Source: Selaginella moellendorffii
Taxonomy: Eukaryota; Plantae; Lycopodiophyta
DNA: 64,000 nt
Direction: 5' to 3'
Assembly (NCBI RefSeq): GCF_000143415.4
Contig: NW_003314405.1
Coordinates: 82,282-146,281 of the forward strand
Position numbers and translations under genes: made by a program. Under the pieces are notes generated by a model. That model did not search any database. It was not told the DNA's origin and saw only the letters and a list, made by a program, of their open reading frames with translations. Positions 1 to 10,341 of this stretch are shown here, one piece after another. The stretch's first letter is position 1, and every line of letters begins with the position of its first letter.

Positions 1-87
1 AACTTTCTTGAGCTGCTTGTAGTCGCAGTACTTCACCCGCCACTCTGGGACGAGCTGGCTCTCCAGCTGCTTCTGGAACTTCACCAT
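1..87 (-). CDS. PHO1: 5' end of a PHO1-family SPX(-EXS) phosphate exporter (runs off the window)
   Basis: Manual translation from the ATG at 87 gives MVKFQKQLESQLVPEWRVKYCDYKQLKKV, the SPX N-terminus typical of PHO1 (MVKF.K....QL.PEW.....Y..LKK). Confidence 0.85.
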   Translation of the reverse strand, partial: MVKFQKQLESQLVPEWRVKYCDYKQLKKV

Positions 88-1083
88 GCCTGAAAGCTTG
101 GATTACCTGAGGCGAACATCGTCAAGAAAACGATCAAGCAAGAGATGAAATACCTGGAGGAAATGGTGTCAAGTTCAGAATGCCTCTTCAAACTTTTCTG
201 GCGCCTGTGCTCTGGAAGCAGAGGAAGAACAGCGGCAGTGAGCATATGACGAGACAAATGGTGGCGTGGAATCATCAAATGCATGGTGCTGGGGAGGAGG
301 AGCACCGATTCTCACAAGAAAACAGCGTCTTAAGATCATCTCTGGAGAAAAGGGGGAAAGCCTTCGTTTCTCGCCGAGGCCAACGAACAATTACTTAAGA
401 ATACGTTTTCCCGAGTGAAACTGACGAAGCAGAGTGCAAGAGGAGAGAAGAAGCAAGCGATCCATTGGCCTATGGAACAAAAAAAGGAAGCAAAAGGACA
501 GGGAATGCAGGGGAATCTACATGAAAAGAAGCTGTCATAAGTTACACACTTACACACACACAGCTCTCTCTCTCACACACACTTCAACTCTTTTCTTGTC
601 AACACGAGTAATTTATGCGAGCGAAAGGGAATGAAAGAATCATTTGAGCATCTAAAGCATGGAAGGAAGCGAGGCACGTACTCTTTCTGGAAATCACGCT
701 TATGGAACGTTTTTGTTTCGTCGGAGTGGCGCAACCAAACTGAAAGAATCACAAGCTCAGAACCACGAAAACAGAGGCAAAACAAAACAAGCTTACTCTT
801 GAAAGGGGACGAAGAGAAGAATAACCAAAGGAGCCAAGCTTGGATTCGAGAGAGTTTGTCGAGTTCTCGAGGTGAGAGCCCTTTGCTCACTCAAAAACTC
901 GGAGCCTTCTCTCCTTTGCGAGAGGAAGAGGGAGCGGGGGGAGTTTGCAATGAAGGTGGTGGTCGCATTTTATACTCTGGTTGGCCGACTAGAGACACTC
1001 AAGACATGGAAGAATAGTGGTGTGATAATTGCCCGACTATCATCAAAGGGGGTATAAGGGTGAGAACTTTGCTTTGAATCACT

Positions 1084-1105
1084 GGATATGCAGCTCGGGA
1101 TATGC
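1084..1105. promoter_or_regulatory. Tandem P1BS elements (GNATATNC, PHR1-binding)
   Basis: GGATATGC at 1084-1091 and again at 1098-1105, about 1 kb upstream of the PHO1-like ATG. Confidence 0.6.
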
Positions 1106-1934
1106 TGAGAGAAGTCCCCCATACCACGGAGAAAGAAAGAGAACGAAAATAAATGCATTTTAGCTTATCTTCCATTCGCAATGCTCCACCTTGTTAGTGG
1201 CCCGATTATACTTTTCCTTTTCCTTGCCAGATTCTGCACGATTCTTCGCTAAGAAAGCCAAAACTTCTGGCTGTAAAGCATTGCACGTACCAGCCTGTGT
1301 GTTTTTAACATTGATCCGCATCGTTTTGTTGACGACGTGGACCCCAACCCGCCGGGTTTTTTCTCCTTCCATTTGCTGTTCATCGAAAGCTTGCTGAGAG
1401 ACGCGATTTAAATCCAGAATACAAACCTCTCCGTTGCTACTGATGAGTTTGATCCCTGTCGTTCCGACCTGAGTGTGCCTGATTCTCGCTTTTGATCCTG
1501 ATGTCACCCTGTTCTACAGCAACCACCATGAATGGATGAGTATAAATGTGTAAACATACCCTCGTCTTGTCGCAAGTGACACTACCGTTTGGAGTGGATT
1601 ATTAAAGACTTGTCGATCATAGATGGAATGTACACGCGTGTGCGTTTGGATCCACATTCCATTCCATTAAGTGTAGAACTGGCTCCTTTTCAATGCGTTG
1701 TAAGTCGACCTCGACCATCGATCGTCGCAGTAGGGGCTCCACACTGGCCTGAGTGGGCATCTGTCTCGTTTTTCTTCACCATATATCAATCTCAGTAAAC
1801 CTGGAATATATTTGTATGCCACTGCACACACAGCAGCATCCACAAAATTAGATTCCAGAGCTGATAACTTTTACATGGTCACCTGGCCGATGACTCGTGC
1901 TTATTTTTCGCCTATCGTTGGCTGTGCCTCCTAC

Positions 1935-2985
1935 ATTAGGACCAAAGGTCTTCCCGCATAACCATCAAGCCACGTTTCGTAATACACTCGCATAAGGCAT
2001 GTCATCCTGTAAGAGAAGCAAAGCTGAATAACTCCACCAAAACAAAGCGATAAGAACGCCACCTTATATTGAAACACGGCAGTTGTCAAGCGATAATTCA
2101 GCTCTTCGTCTGGAATGCAAAAGAATAATGCATATGACTCAGAAAGAACTTAACGTACCAGTTCGCTAGCACTTATCAAACTTGACAACCCAAGTAACGT
2201 CCCCAACCTTCGTCGCACGAATTCGATCAACCTACATACAGAAGTTCTTTCCCCTGTGAATACCGTGGAGGGGACGTAGAATCTCAACGCTCCTACGTCT
2301 TCTAGTCCGCACGGAGTGACCAGCGTTGAGTCAGGGGCCTGCCAGCCATTTCATTGCTGAAGCATCCAAAACTACTAAACACGAGGAACTTACCATTGGC
2401 CTTTTCAAGTGTTCAAACACCTCATGGGAGCTTTCAACCTCGCCTCATAACCATCTCACACAGTAGCACCACTTCACGTCAGATCAACCATCCAGCAGTG
2501 AGCTGGCTCCAGTAAGTCGGCATCCCTGTGCGAAACACAAGGATCAAACTTGAACTCTCGGATAGCTTGTAAGATTCCTGAAGCCCATCTTTCAGTGGCA
2601 CGAAAGATCAGCGCCTCTGCCAAAGATCTCGAAAGCTGCTCAAGGGAGAACCTCCCTTTCCTGTCCTCCACTGTATATGATTTTACCATCCAACTGGAAG
2701 AAAAAAAAGAAAAAGGATTAGATCACAAAAGCTTTGAACGATCCTCTAAAAACTTGCCCCACTCATTCAATCTCTTCAACAGTGTCTCCACAACCCGAGG
2801 AGCCTCTGCCTTCTTCAGCTTGAAGCTGACTTTGTGAGGTCGCTGTTCTGTTAGTTCCTACAGGAAAAAAAATAAAAAAAGCCAGGACGAGATAGAGAAA
2901 AACGTTGTAAACACAAACAAAGAGAGGATATGGAATCTTTCTACCTGGAACGTAAGCTCTGGAAACTTGGAAGTCTCAAAGAAAT
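1935..2985 (-). pseudogene. SPP: Sucrose-phosphate phosphatase pseudogene fragment (5'-truncated, internally deleted, introns retained)
   Basis: Exons translate to TSKFPELTFQ / ELTEQRPHKVSFKL / RATERWASGILQAI / WL*GEVESS / GKNFCM*VDRIRATKVGDVTWVVKFDKC* / ETWLDG. These are SPP HAD and C-terminal domain motifs with in-frame stops. Confidence 0.85.
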
Positions 2986-3600
2986 ATGCAAAGATACCTT
3001 ATCAACTTATACTAAGAAATGTAGCATAATTATAATAAAAATAACATTCTGCCATAGCTATAACTATATAGAGGACGTTTGATTTATCATTGCCTTGTCA
3101 AATAGCCTCAAAAATCAATATAATCAATGATTTATTTTAAATGCCCTAATAGTCTCTGTTAGATAAAATTAAAAATATAGATATACTTCAATGTAAAATA
3201 CCTTTGTAAATTCATACTGTTTTATTATCTAAGGTTATAAGATGGATATTAAAATATTTGTCTTCTGATCACCTTTTTTTCCCAATTTTAGTTTTCATAT
3301 TGAAATGTTGTTAATATGAAATCATTTGATTAGATTTTCCTTCACTTAGATTATTAAGCATTCAACACTGAAATAAACTTGGAATATTAGAATAAATATG
3401 AAGAATATTTTAGAGCAATAATATAAACTTACCTCATCAACTTCTGCTACAAAATAGAACCCAATCATATTAAAGACATATAGTAATAACTATATAAAGC
3501 ATATTTATTTACCTTCTTTTTGCAAAACCACCTCATAAAAATATAGATTAATGATCTGCTTTAGAATAGTATTTGTTAGATAAAACAAAAAACTTAAATA

Positions 3601-6600
3601 CTAAATACCTTTACAAACCCATATTTTTCTTCCCTCTAGGATTATGGGATGAAGAGCAAAATGTTTTTCCATGATCGTCTCCTGCTTTTCTTCTTTCTCA
3701 AATTTAGTTGTCACTAGCTTAAATATTTCTTGCACATCTTCTGCTTTGGGATTTGTAGTTAGCTTGCTTTTGAGAAGACATGCATCCAAAAAGCTTATAA
3801 AGCTTCCCTTGGTCTCATCCACCATTGCATTCACTATTTCTCCAACACCAGCAAAATGTCCTCCAACTTTAGCCCCAATAAATAATAGGATCAATGTATA
3901 TTTAAGTACTGGAGCAAATTTCTTGAGCCAATTTGGTGGGAGATCCAATTCAACACCTTTAGAACTCTTCACTTGATGACCTTTAGTTCCCTGAGTATAA
4001 GTTCCTCCAGGCCATTCACACAAGTAATGAAGTTTAACATGTGTTCCCAGTATTTTACTGTAATTTTTCCACCTGTTATTCTCATCAAGAATATATGGAT
4101 ATTTTGGGCAATCTGTCTCCAATTTCAATAATACCTGCAAACATGTTGTATGGATTGTATTCACTTTTTCCATGGTAAACTTGAGTTCATTCTTGAGCTT
4201 GTTAATGCTTACTTCAATGTCATCAAGTTTCATATCCACCTTATCAAAACGGTTCTCCATTTTATCAAACTTCTTATCAAAATATCTGAAGAATGCATTG
4301 AGATTTGGGTCTTCAATGTTTGGAAACTCAACAACATTTGATGGTGCTTTGGGAATTGTGACTTCTCCAACCTCCTCATATTCCTTCAAGAGTTCACGAA
4401 GTTCAACAAGCTTATTCACCACTTCATATTTTTGCTCATTGGGCATCAATAGCTTAACCAAAGCATTCTCATCTGAGACCTTCAAATCATTATTCACATC
4501 CCAGCTCTCTACTTCATGTGAATAATTCCAAGTGTGGGAGTATTCTAGACCTCTTTCTTTTGCTTCACATTTGACTTCTTTTAGTGGACAAATAACTGAA
4601 GCCCATAATTCTAGTTTGTCCCCCTTATTTAGTATCCTTCTCCATACATAACCACGTCTCATCACATTTTCTTCAATTTCCAAAGATGGGCAATCCTCCA
4701 TACATACCCCAATAATGCAATTTCTAATTTTTTCCATCCATCCTTCAGCTTCTTTTTCCAAATCTGGCCTTGGTGCATTCTCTACCTCTTTTGGGTAATA
4801 GACGATGACATCAACCCATTGCCTATCTTTCCAATTGTCTGTGTCTCCCCCAACTCTCACAATTGTCTCGATAAGGTTCTCTTTCAAAGCCACCCATCCA
4901 TTCCCAGGCCTAAAACCTTTCTTGCTTAATTTGTGAAGTTTAACTTGGATCTTTGTGAAAATACTTGCAGGAAACAATTTCAAGTCCTTGTCTTTGCATT
5001 CAAACCTCCTGCCCCAGTAGTTGTGGTTTTTTTGAGTGTCAATTGACAATAAATATCCTGGAGGTGAATAGTCTTCTTGCAATAGTGTTGGCATTATCAA
5101 CTCTTTGGGCAAGTTATGCCAATTCCCATCCCATGTATCATCCCAAGGCAATATCACTCCCATCTCATGGAGCACTCCAAGAATGTACTCCACTATTTTG
5201 TCTTGGTTCCCACATTGTTGCTTCAACTGAAGTTTAACTTTATGTGTTTCCATTTGACTTTTGAGTTTGCTTGTCTCAGGATGTATGAAGAGTTGCACCA
5301 CATCCTTGATAAACCATTGGACATCTAAGATGACAAATTGAGACACAATGTCGTCCTCTTCATGTCCCAAGCCAAAGTAAATTGCATCACCAGAATCATG
5401 TAGAAATTGCAAGACGAATTTGAGAACATTCTTGGAACTCCTGTGAGGCAAGAGGATTTTGCCAACTTTATCTAGGGGTATGACCTTCTTGTGACTTGGA
5501 TCTTGTACCAATTTCCTCTTTGCTTTGAGACATTCCCGTGGTATTTGTTGGGCTGACAGCAGTTCTTTCAAGCAACTCCCCAACATGGTTTTTATCCCCC
5601 TTAAATCTTTCACTTGAGTGGCCACCACCTCAAAATAAAGATCTATCCCAATCTCAAGTACTTGCCCATAGCCTTTGTCGGAGATTATTGCAGAAACCAC
5701 GTCCTTTGGGGCAAAGTCGGGTTCTGGAGTGAAAAAGTTCGAGGCAATCAAGACCCTGGGCTTCCTTTTGGATGAGGCTGACTGATGTGAAGCAATGAAC
5801 CTCAGCCAATAAACCAAATTCTGCTTGAAAACCTCACAATTGCCATCCTCCACCTTGCATACGATCAAGAAGAGATCCTTCTCACTTCCTCTGAGAAAGT
5901 ACTGGTGGAAAGCATGGAACTCTTCCTGTCCAGCCAGGTCGCAAATGAGCAGCTTTTGTTTGGTGGTCGCATAGACAAGTGGTTGCAGCTCAATGCCTGC
6001 TGTTGAAGCATGCCTTTGGAGACATGATGGAAACCAAGACACTCTGCGGCAGAGGTTTTTTTTTATTGTGGTCTTTCCAACCCTGCTAGCACCACACAAG
6101 AAGAGCTTTGCTGTTGACGGGTTGTCAAAGTCTTTGAATGCACTCTGCTGGAAGATTGCATTCCGCTCTAAAAGACCAGAACACCTCTGCTTGAATGCTT
6201 CAGAACCACGGCCTATCTCAAGCAATTCCACGATCAGGCTTTGGTAGTTTTCCTCCAGGGCAGCCAGAATTTGTCTTTTCTGTGCATCGCTATCAAGAAA
6301 AGGAGCCCTGAATCTGCGCACCTTGCATTTTGGATCCCCCAGCAACTGGCAAAGATCCTCCAGTTTTTCAATTTCTCCCTGACGTATTTTTAAGTCTTCA
6401 ATGCTGCTTCCCAAAAGGCACCTCCATGGCAGTTCCGAGTCACATGACAAAGCTTTCAGATACTTGCAGCTGCTGATAGCTTTCCAAAAGAGCTCCCCAT
6501 TCGTGATTTTGCAATACCATATACCCAAATGCTCCAGTTGGCTCTTCTCTATGCCCTCGGCAAACTCCAACGTTAACTCATCTTCTCCCTTGCTAGCCCA

Positions 6601-7977
6601 TATTTTCAAATGGCGCAGCTTACAATGTGGACTTGAGAGAGCTGACCACAGACTGCTGTCACCGACCATTCCTCCTCCCTCGTTGGGCGGAAAAAGTACA
6701 AGATTGATCAGCTTGCAATTGGAATTTTGTAGCGCTTTGCCCAACCATCCACCACCATCACCTGGATAAAGAGTAACGCGGAGTTCCTCCAAGCCACACT
6801 TAGCGCTGCACAGGGCCTCACCCAGGCCCGTTGCATTGCTCAGGTCCTCACTCTGTCTCATTTCTCGGCAATGTAAAACTGACAGGCTGGTGCCCTCCTG
6901 AAGAGCCTTGCATACCCATGGCAACACTCCAGGATCACTTTTCCGATCCAGGTATAGTCTTTGCAGTGAACAGTTTGGACTCGTGAGTGCCTTGAAGAGT
7001 GCTTCACCTGCCTCCTCTGGAAACAGTGCCACCAGTACCACTAGCTTATTGCTAATGCCATGCTGAAATGCCTGTTCCCACCCTTCCTTGCCAATGTCCG
7101 TATCAACGATGGATAACTCTTCCACCTTGCACTCCTGACTTGCCAGATCCCTACTCAATTTCCCAAATCCTTCCACTGTCATCCTGTTCCCCTTCAATTC
7201 GAGATGTTTCAAGTTGTTTCCTGCTTTCCTAAGGAGTTGGCTAAGTAGAGCCTCTGGGTTCCGAACATTGCGCAAGCAGAGCTCTGTCAAGCAGTCGAGC
7301 TGAGCAAAGACCAACTCAAGCTCCTGAGTTGGTGTGAGGATGTCTTCGCCTATCCACCAGATTTGTAGCCCTTTTAAGACTTTGAATTCCTCTGTCATCA
7401 TCAGCTTTGCAAACCTCTGCACCTCAATCTGGCGAATATCCTGTCCCTGCTGAGGAGGAGCAATGCCCTCTGCCACCCTTTGCATTCGATCACTGGGAAT
7501 GCCCAACCTACAAGCGACCCTGGCAGCGAAGTGGATGAATCTGATGTCGAGCTGTGGTACCAAAGCGGCCTTGAGAATGTCAATGTGAGCAGCAGCAGCA
7601 GCAGACGAACTGCCATCACCAGGAGCATCTCCCACATCCAGAGCCCCGTCTAACCAGTGTGGGTTTGAAATGTACCAGTTGAGCACACCAATCAGATCCT
7701 CCTCTGTGCCTCCAAACCACTGGACGGTAGCACTCACCTCATCAACAAACTCACCTTTGGATGTGTCAAGCGCCTCCAGCCTCCAGATCTTCCCACAATA
7801 AAACCGAATCGCATTGAAGTGCCGCTTGTTGTCCCGCTTCGCTGCGAGAGCCTCCTTGATCTCCTTGACAGAATGACAGGGGATCCACTCTCGTCGCTCC
7901 TCCTCCATGGAAGTTTGCCCTGGATCGAAGGGGCAGTGGAGAGCACGAGTAAAAAGTGAACTTTGCCAGCAGTGCAT
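3601..7977 (-). CDS. Intronless TORNADO1-like LRR-Roc-COR (Roco) protein, 1458 aa
   Basis: RI-type LRRs (ALSSPHCKLRHL, ALTSPNCSLQRL); P-loop GASRVGKTT; STAGIE; DLAGQEEFH; COR-like region; coiled coil; TRN1-like C-terminus (KLHYLCE...KKFAPVLKYTLILLFIGAKVGGHFAG). Confidence 0.88.
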   Translation of the reverse strand: MHCWQSSLFTRALHCPFDPGQTSMEEERREWIPCHSVKEIKEALAAKRDNKRHFNAIRFYCGKIWRLEALDTSKGEFVDEVSATVQWFGGTEEDLIGVLNWYISNPHWLDGALDVGDAPGDGSSSAAAAAHIDILKAALVPQLDIRFIHFAARVACRLGIPSDRMQRVAEGIAPPQQGQDIRQIEVQRFAKLMMTEEFKVLKGLQIWWIGEDILTPTQELELVFAQLDCLTELCLRNVRNPEALLSQLLRKAGNNLKHLELKGNRMTVEGFGKLSRDLASQECKVEELSIVDTDIGKEGWEQAFQHGISNKLVVLVALFPEEAGEALFKALTSPNCSLQRLYLDRKSDPGVLPWVCKALQEGTSLSVLHCREMRQSEDLSNATGLGEALCSAKCGLEELRVTLYPGDGGGWLGKALQNSNCKLINLVLFPPNEGGGMVGDSSLWSALSSPHCKLRHLKIWASKGEDELTLEFAEGIEKSQLEHLGIWYCKITNGELFWKAISSCKYLKALSCDSELPWRCLLGSSIEDLKIRQGEIEKLEDLCQLLGDPKCKVRRFRAPFLDSDAQKRQILAALEENYQSLIVELLEIGRGSEAFKQRCSGLLERNAIFQQSAFKDFDNPSTAKLFLCGASRVGKTTIKKNLCRRVSWFPSCLQRHASTAGIELQPLVYATTKQKLLICDLAGQEEFHAFHQYFLRGSEKDLFLIVCKVEDGNCEVFKQNLVYWLRFIASHQSASSKRKPRVLIASNFFTPEPDFAPKDVVSAIISDKGYGQVLEIGIDLYFEVVATQVKDLRGIKTMLGSCLKELLSAQQIPRECLKAKRKLVQDPSHKKVIPLDKVGKILLPHRSSKNVLKFVLQFLHDSGDAIYFGLGHEEDDIVSQFVILDVQWFIKDVVQLFIHPETSKLKSQMETHKVKLQLKQQCGNQDKIVEYILGVLHEMGVILPWDDTWDGNWHNLPKELIMPTLLQEDYSPPGYLLSIDTQKNHNYWGRRFECKDKDLKLFPASIFTKIQVKLHKLSKKGFRPGNGWVALKENLIETIVRVGGDTDNWKDRQWVDVIVYYPKEVENAPRPDLEKEAEGWMEKIRNCIIGVCMEDCPSLEIEENVMRRGYVWRRILNKGDKLELWASVICPLKEVKCEAKERGLEYSHTWNYSHEVESWDVNNDLKVSDENALVKLLMPNEQKYEVVNKLVELRELLKEYEEVGEVTIPKAPSNVVEFPNIEDPNLNAFFRYFDKKFDKMENRFDKVDMKLDDIEVSINKLKNELKFTMEKVNTIHTTCLQVLLKLETDCPKYPYILDENNRWKNYSKILGTHVKLHYLCEWPGGTYTQGTKGHQVKSSKGVELDLPPNWLKKFAPVLKYTLILLFIGAKVGGHFAGVGEIVNAMVDETKGSFISFLDACLLKSKLTTNPKAEDVQEIFKLVTTKFEKEEKQETIMEKHFALHPIILEGRKIWVCKGI

Positions 7978-8034
7978 ATGCCAGCTGTAGTGTAAGAGTT
8001 AATTTAGGAATTAAACGGAAAGGACAAGACCATA

Positions 8035-8580
8035 AACAAACATAAAATGATTCCATTTGGTGGATTTTATGACACGCTGAGGGAAGAAAGGTCAGCTGTT
8101 TCAGCAGTGTAAATGTTTAATATTGAATTTTTGACACAGGTACTTCAATGATCTTTAAGTGTGGATTTAGACAATTGTAAGGTTTGTTTCTGTCCCTCAT
8201 CGTTCTTCCTTGTTTTTTAACAACGAAACTGATTTCCTTTTGCAGTGGCAAAGCTTCCTGGCCTTCAGCTAGAACTGGTTTTCAGCTTGCTGTTTATTTA
8301 GATGAGATATTTGTGCGTGTTGTCCACAAGAGACGAGCCATCTTGTTTGGCGGTGTAGTTGATACTGATGATAAAGGTTTGAATGCATGTGTTGGTCATC
8401 AGAAAAACTAATGATTTTTGCCTGCACAGCGTTTTTATGAACGAGATGTATGCGTTCCAGGTGGACAATCGCAGATGGTTTGTATCTCATCGATTTTTAT
8501 GAGATAAAAATTATCTAAACACCATCGCTCGCAGGTATCCTTTGGAGCTTCGCAAGCCAAAGAGCCTAAAGATTAAGGTA
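8035..8580 (+). pseudogene. Kelch domain-containing protein 4 (KLHDC4-like) pseudogene fragment
   Basis: Exon pieces FGGFYDTLRE / YFNDL* / SWPSARTGFQLAVYLDEIF joined directly to VHKRRAILFGGVVD / FMNEMYAFQVDNRRW / YPLELRK. Has a stop and an internal deletion; no start. Confidence 0.8.
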
Positions 8581-8777
8581 CGGCAATCCGAGATTGTGTA
8601 GTGGTCAAGTGTGCATCCAAAGCAGAAGAGCGTACCAAACCTTCCAAAGAGCGCAGCAAGAGTGATCTCTGAAAGTTATAGCTGAAAATTAAATGAATAG
8701 ATTACAGTTATTCTCGGAGGCATGGTGTCCTTTTCTAGAGGCAATGCCATTGACACGAAACCGCTAGTATACAATCT

Positions 8778-10145
8778 CTATCTCTCGTCGTCAATGGTGA
8801 TAGAATTTTGCCTTTGCTCCTCCGAAATCTTGGATTTCTTGGAGGCCGGTTCAAGGCACTCGGCGTCTGACGAGACGCTAGCTGCAGCCTCGGTTACTGT
8901 CGACTGCGGCGCTGCTGGAGCAGCCTCCTCTGGCTCCTTCTTGCACTGCTGGTTCACCTCAACCTTTTGCTGGAACTCAAACATGTTCTTCAAGTTCTTC
9001 GCTTGTGCTTCAATTTGGAGCTGTAATTGTCGTTGTAGCTGGAGAAAGAACAGGACCCGGAGTTTTACACTGGAAAGAAGAAAGGGAAAACGTTACCTCC
9101 AGCTGTGCGTGTAGTTGCTTCTGTACTTCTATTTGCACCCTCAGTGCCCTGCCATAGCAAGCAACAGAGAAAGAAATAAGGAACAAGTACTAAAAAGAAA
9201 GAAACTTCCTCCAAGAGCTTACGCGTCAAAGTTTGGAGCAGTGTTTCTCTTCTTCTCTGGTTTTGCTGAAACACAAGCACAAACACGGGTTTAGTCATAG
9301 CATGAACTATTCATGTCCGGACGAAAGCTACCTTCGCCATAATTTGGAATGTCCTTTACGAGGCGATACTTCTGCAAACAAAAGCTTGACGCTTTGGAAT
9401 GAAAGCTCAATGCACAAAACACACCTGGAGGTGGCTTTTGACATGGAGAATGTTTATCCCCTGCACGTCCATGACTGTCAAGATAGCCTTTGGCGTCGCT
9501 TCTATCATCAAAGAAAAGAAAAAACACATCAGAGAATGGATGGGTGGGTGGATGGATGTATCAAAAGTACTTACTTTCAGCGCCACCGAGCTTGCTCACA
9601 GCATCCACAAACCGCTCGTGTAGCTCCGGAGTCCATCTCAAACGCTGCTTGAGCATCGGTGAGGTGGTCAAGGCAGCAGTGCCAGCGGACGTCGATGGCT
9701 GGCTCGCAAATCCAAGAGCGTTTGACGGCATGTCACTAGCCTCCTACACAGAACAAAGCTCTCGATCGATCACAAACAAGAGAAAACAAGGAGCTCATAC
9801 CTGTGGCAGGCCACCATTCTGGCTGGGAAAGCCATTCCAGCAAGTGGCAATGATGTCGTCCTCTGGAACAAGCTCCGCCTCCGCCCAAGTCGGCCGCTCC
9901 GAGCCAAGTGGAAAATTCTCGCCCGGATTGGAAGAATCGTCCGGGAAGCTTAGCAAGGCCTCCAATTCGGCCTCTTGCTTGAGGGCGGAGAGGTGCTGGG
10001 AATTCAAAGGCAGCGACGCGGGGAGATTACCCGCGTAGGGCTCGGCCGGAATCGTCATCGGCGGCGCGAAATAGCTGGATGGAGCAGCTCTGGAAGAATT
10101 CGCGTAGGCTCCCGCGAGATGATGAGATTGCGGGAATGCATCCAT
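8778..10145 (-). CDS. PHR1/PHL-like MYB-CC transcription factor (multi-exon)
   Basis: [55 protein letters not shown] across GT-AG introns; coiled coil ALRVQIEVQKQLHAQLE-LQRQLQLQIEAQ. Confidence 0.9.
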
Positions 10146-10341
10146 AGCTCTGCGTCGAATTTCCGGTACCTTTTCTCTCGGCGCGCTACCTCGCCATCGC
10201 CATCGCCATCGCCTCCTCCCTCTAAACCCTAAAGGGAGCTAAAAAAGCTCCAATTGTCCACTGGCGCGAATCGACGGCCCAGATTCCATCAAATCGACGG
10301 ATTCATATTCTACCATACAGTTAATTACCGTGGCAAAAATT

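Noticed and set aside
1160-1800. Exon-like - strand segments between the SPP relic and the PHO1 promoter
   Set aside because: No family recognised and stops occur in the upstream segment.
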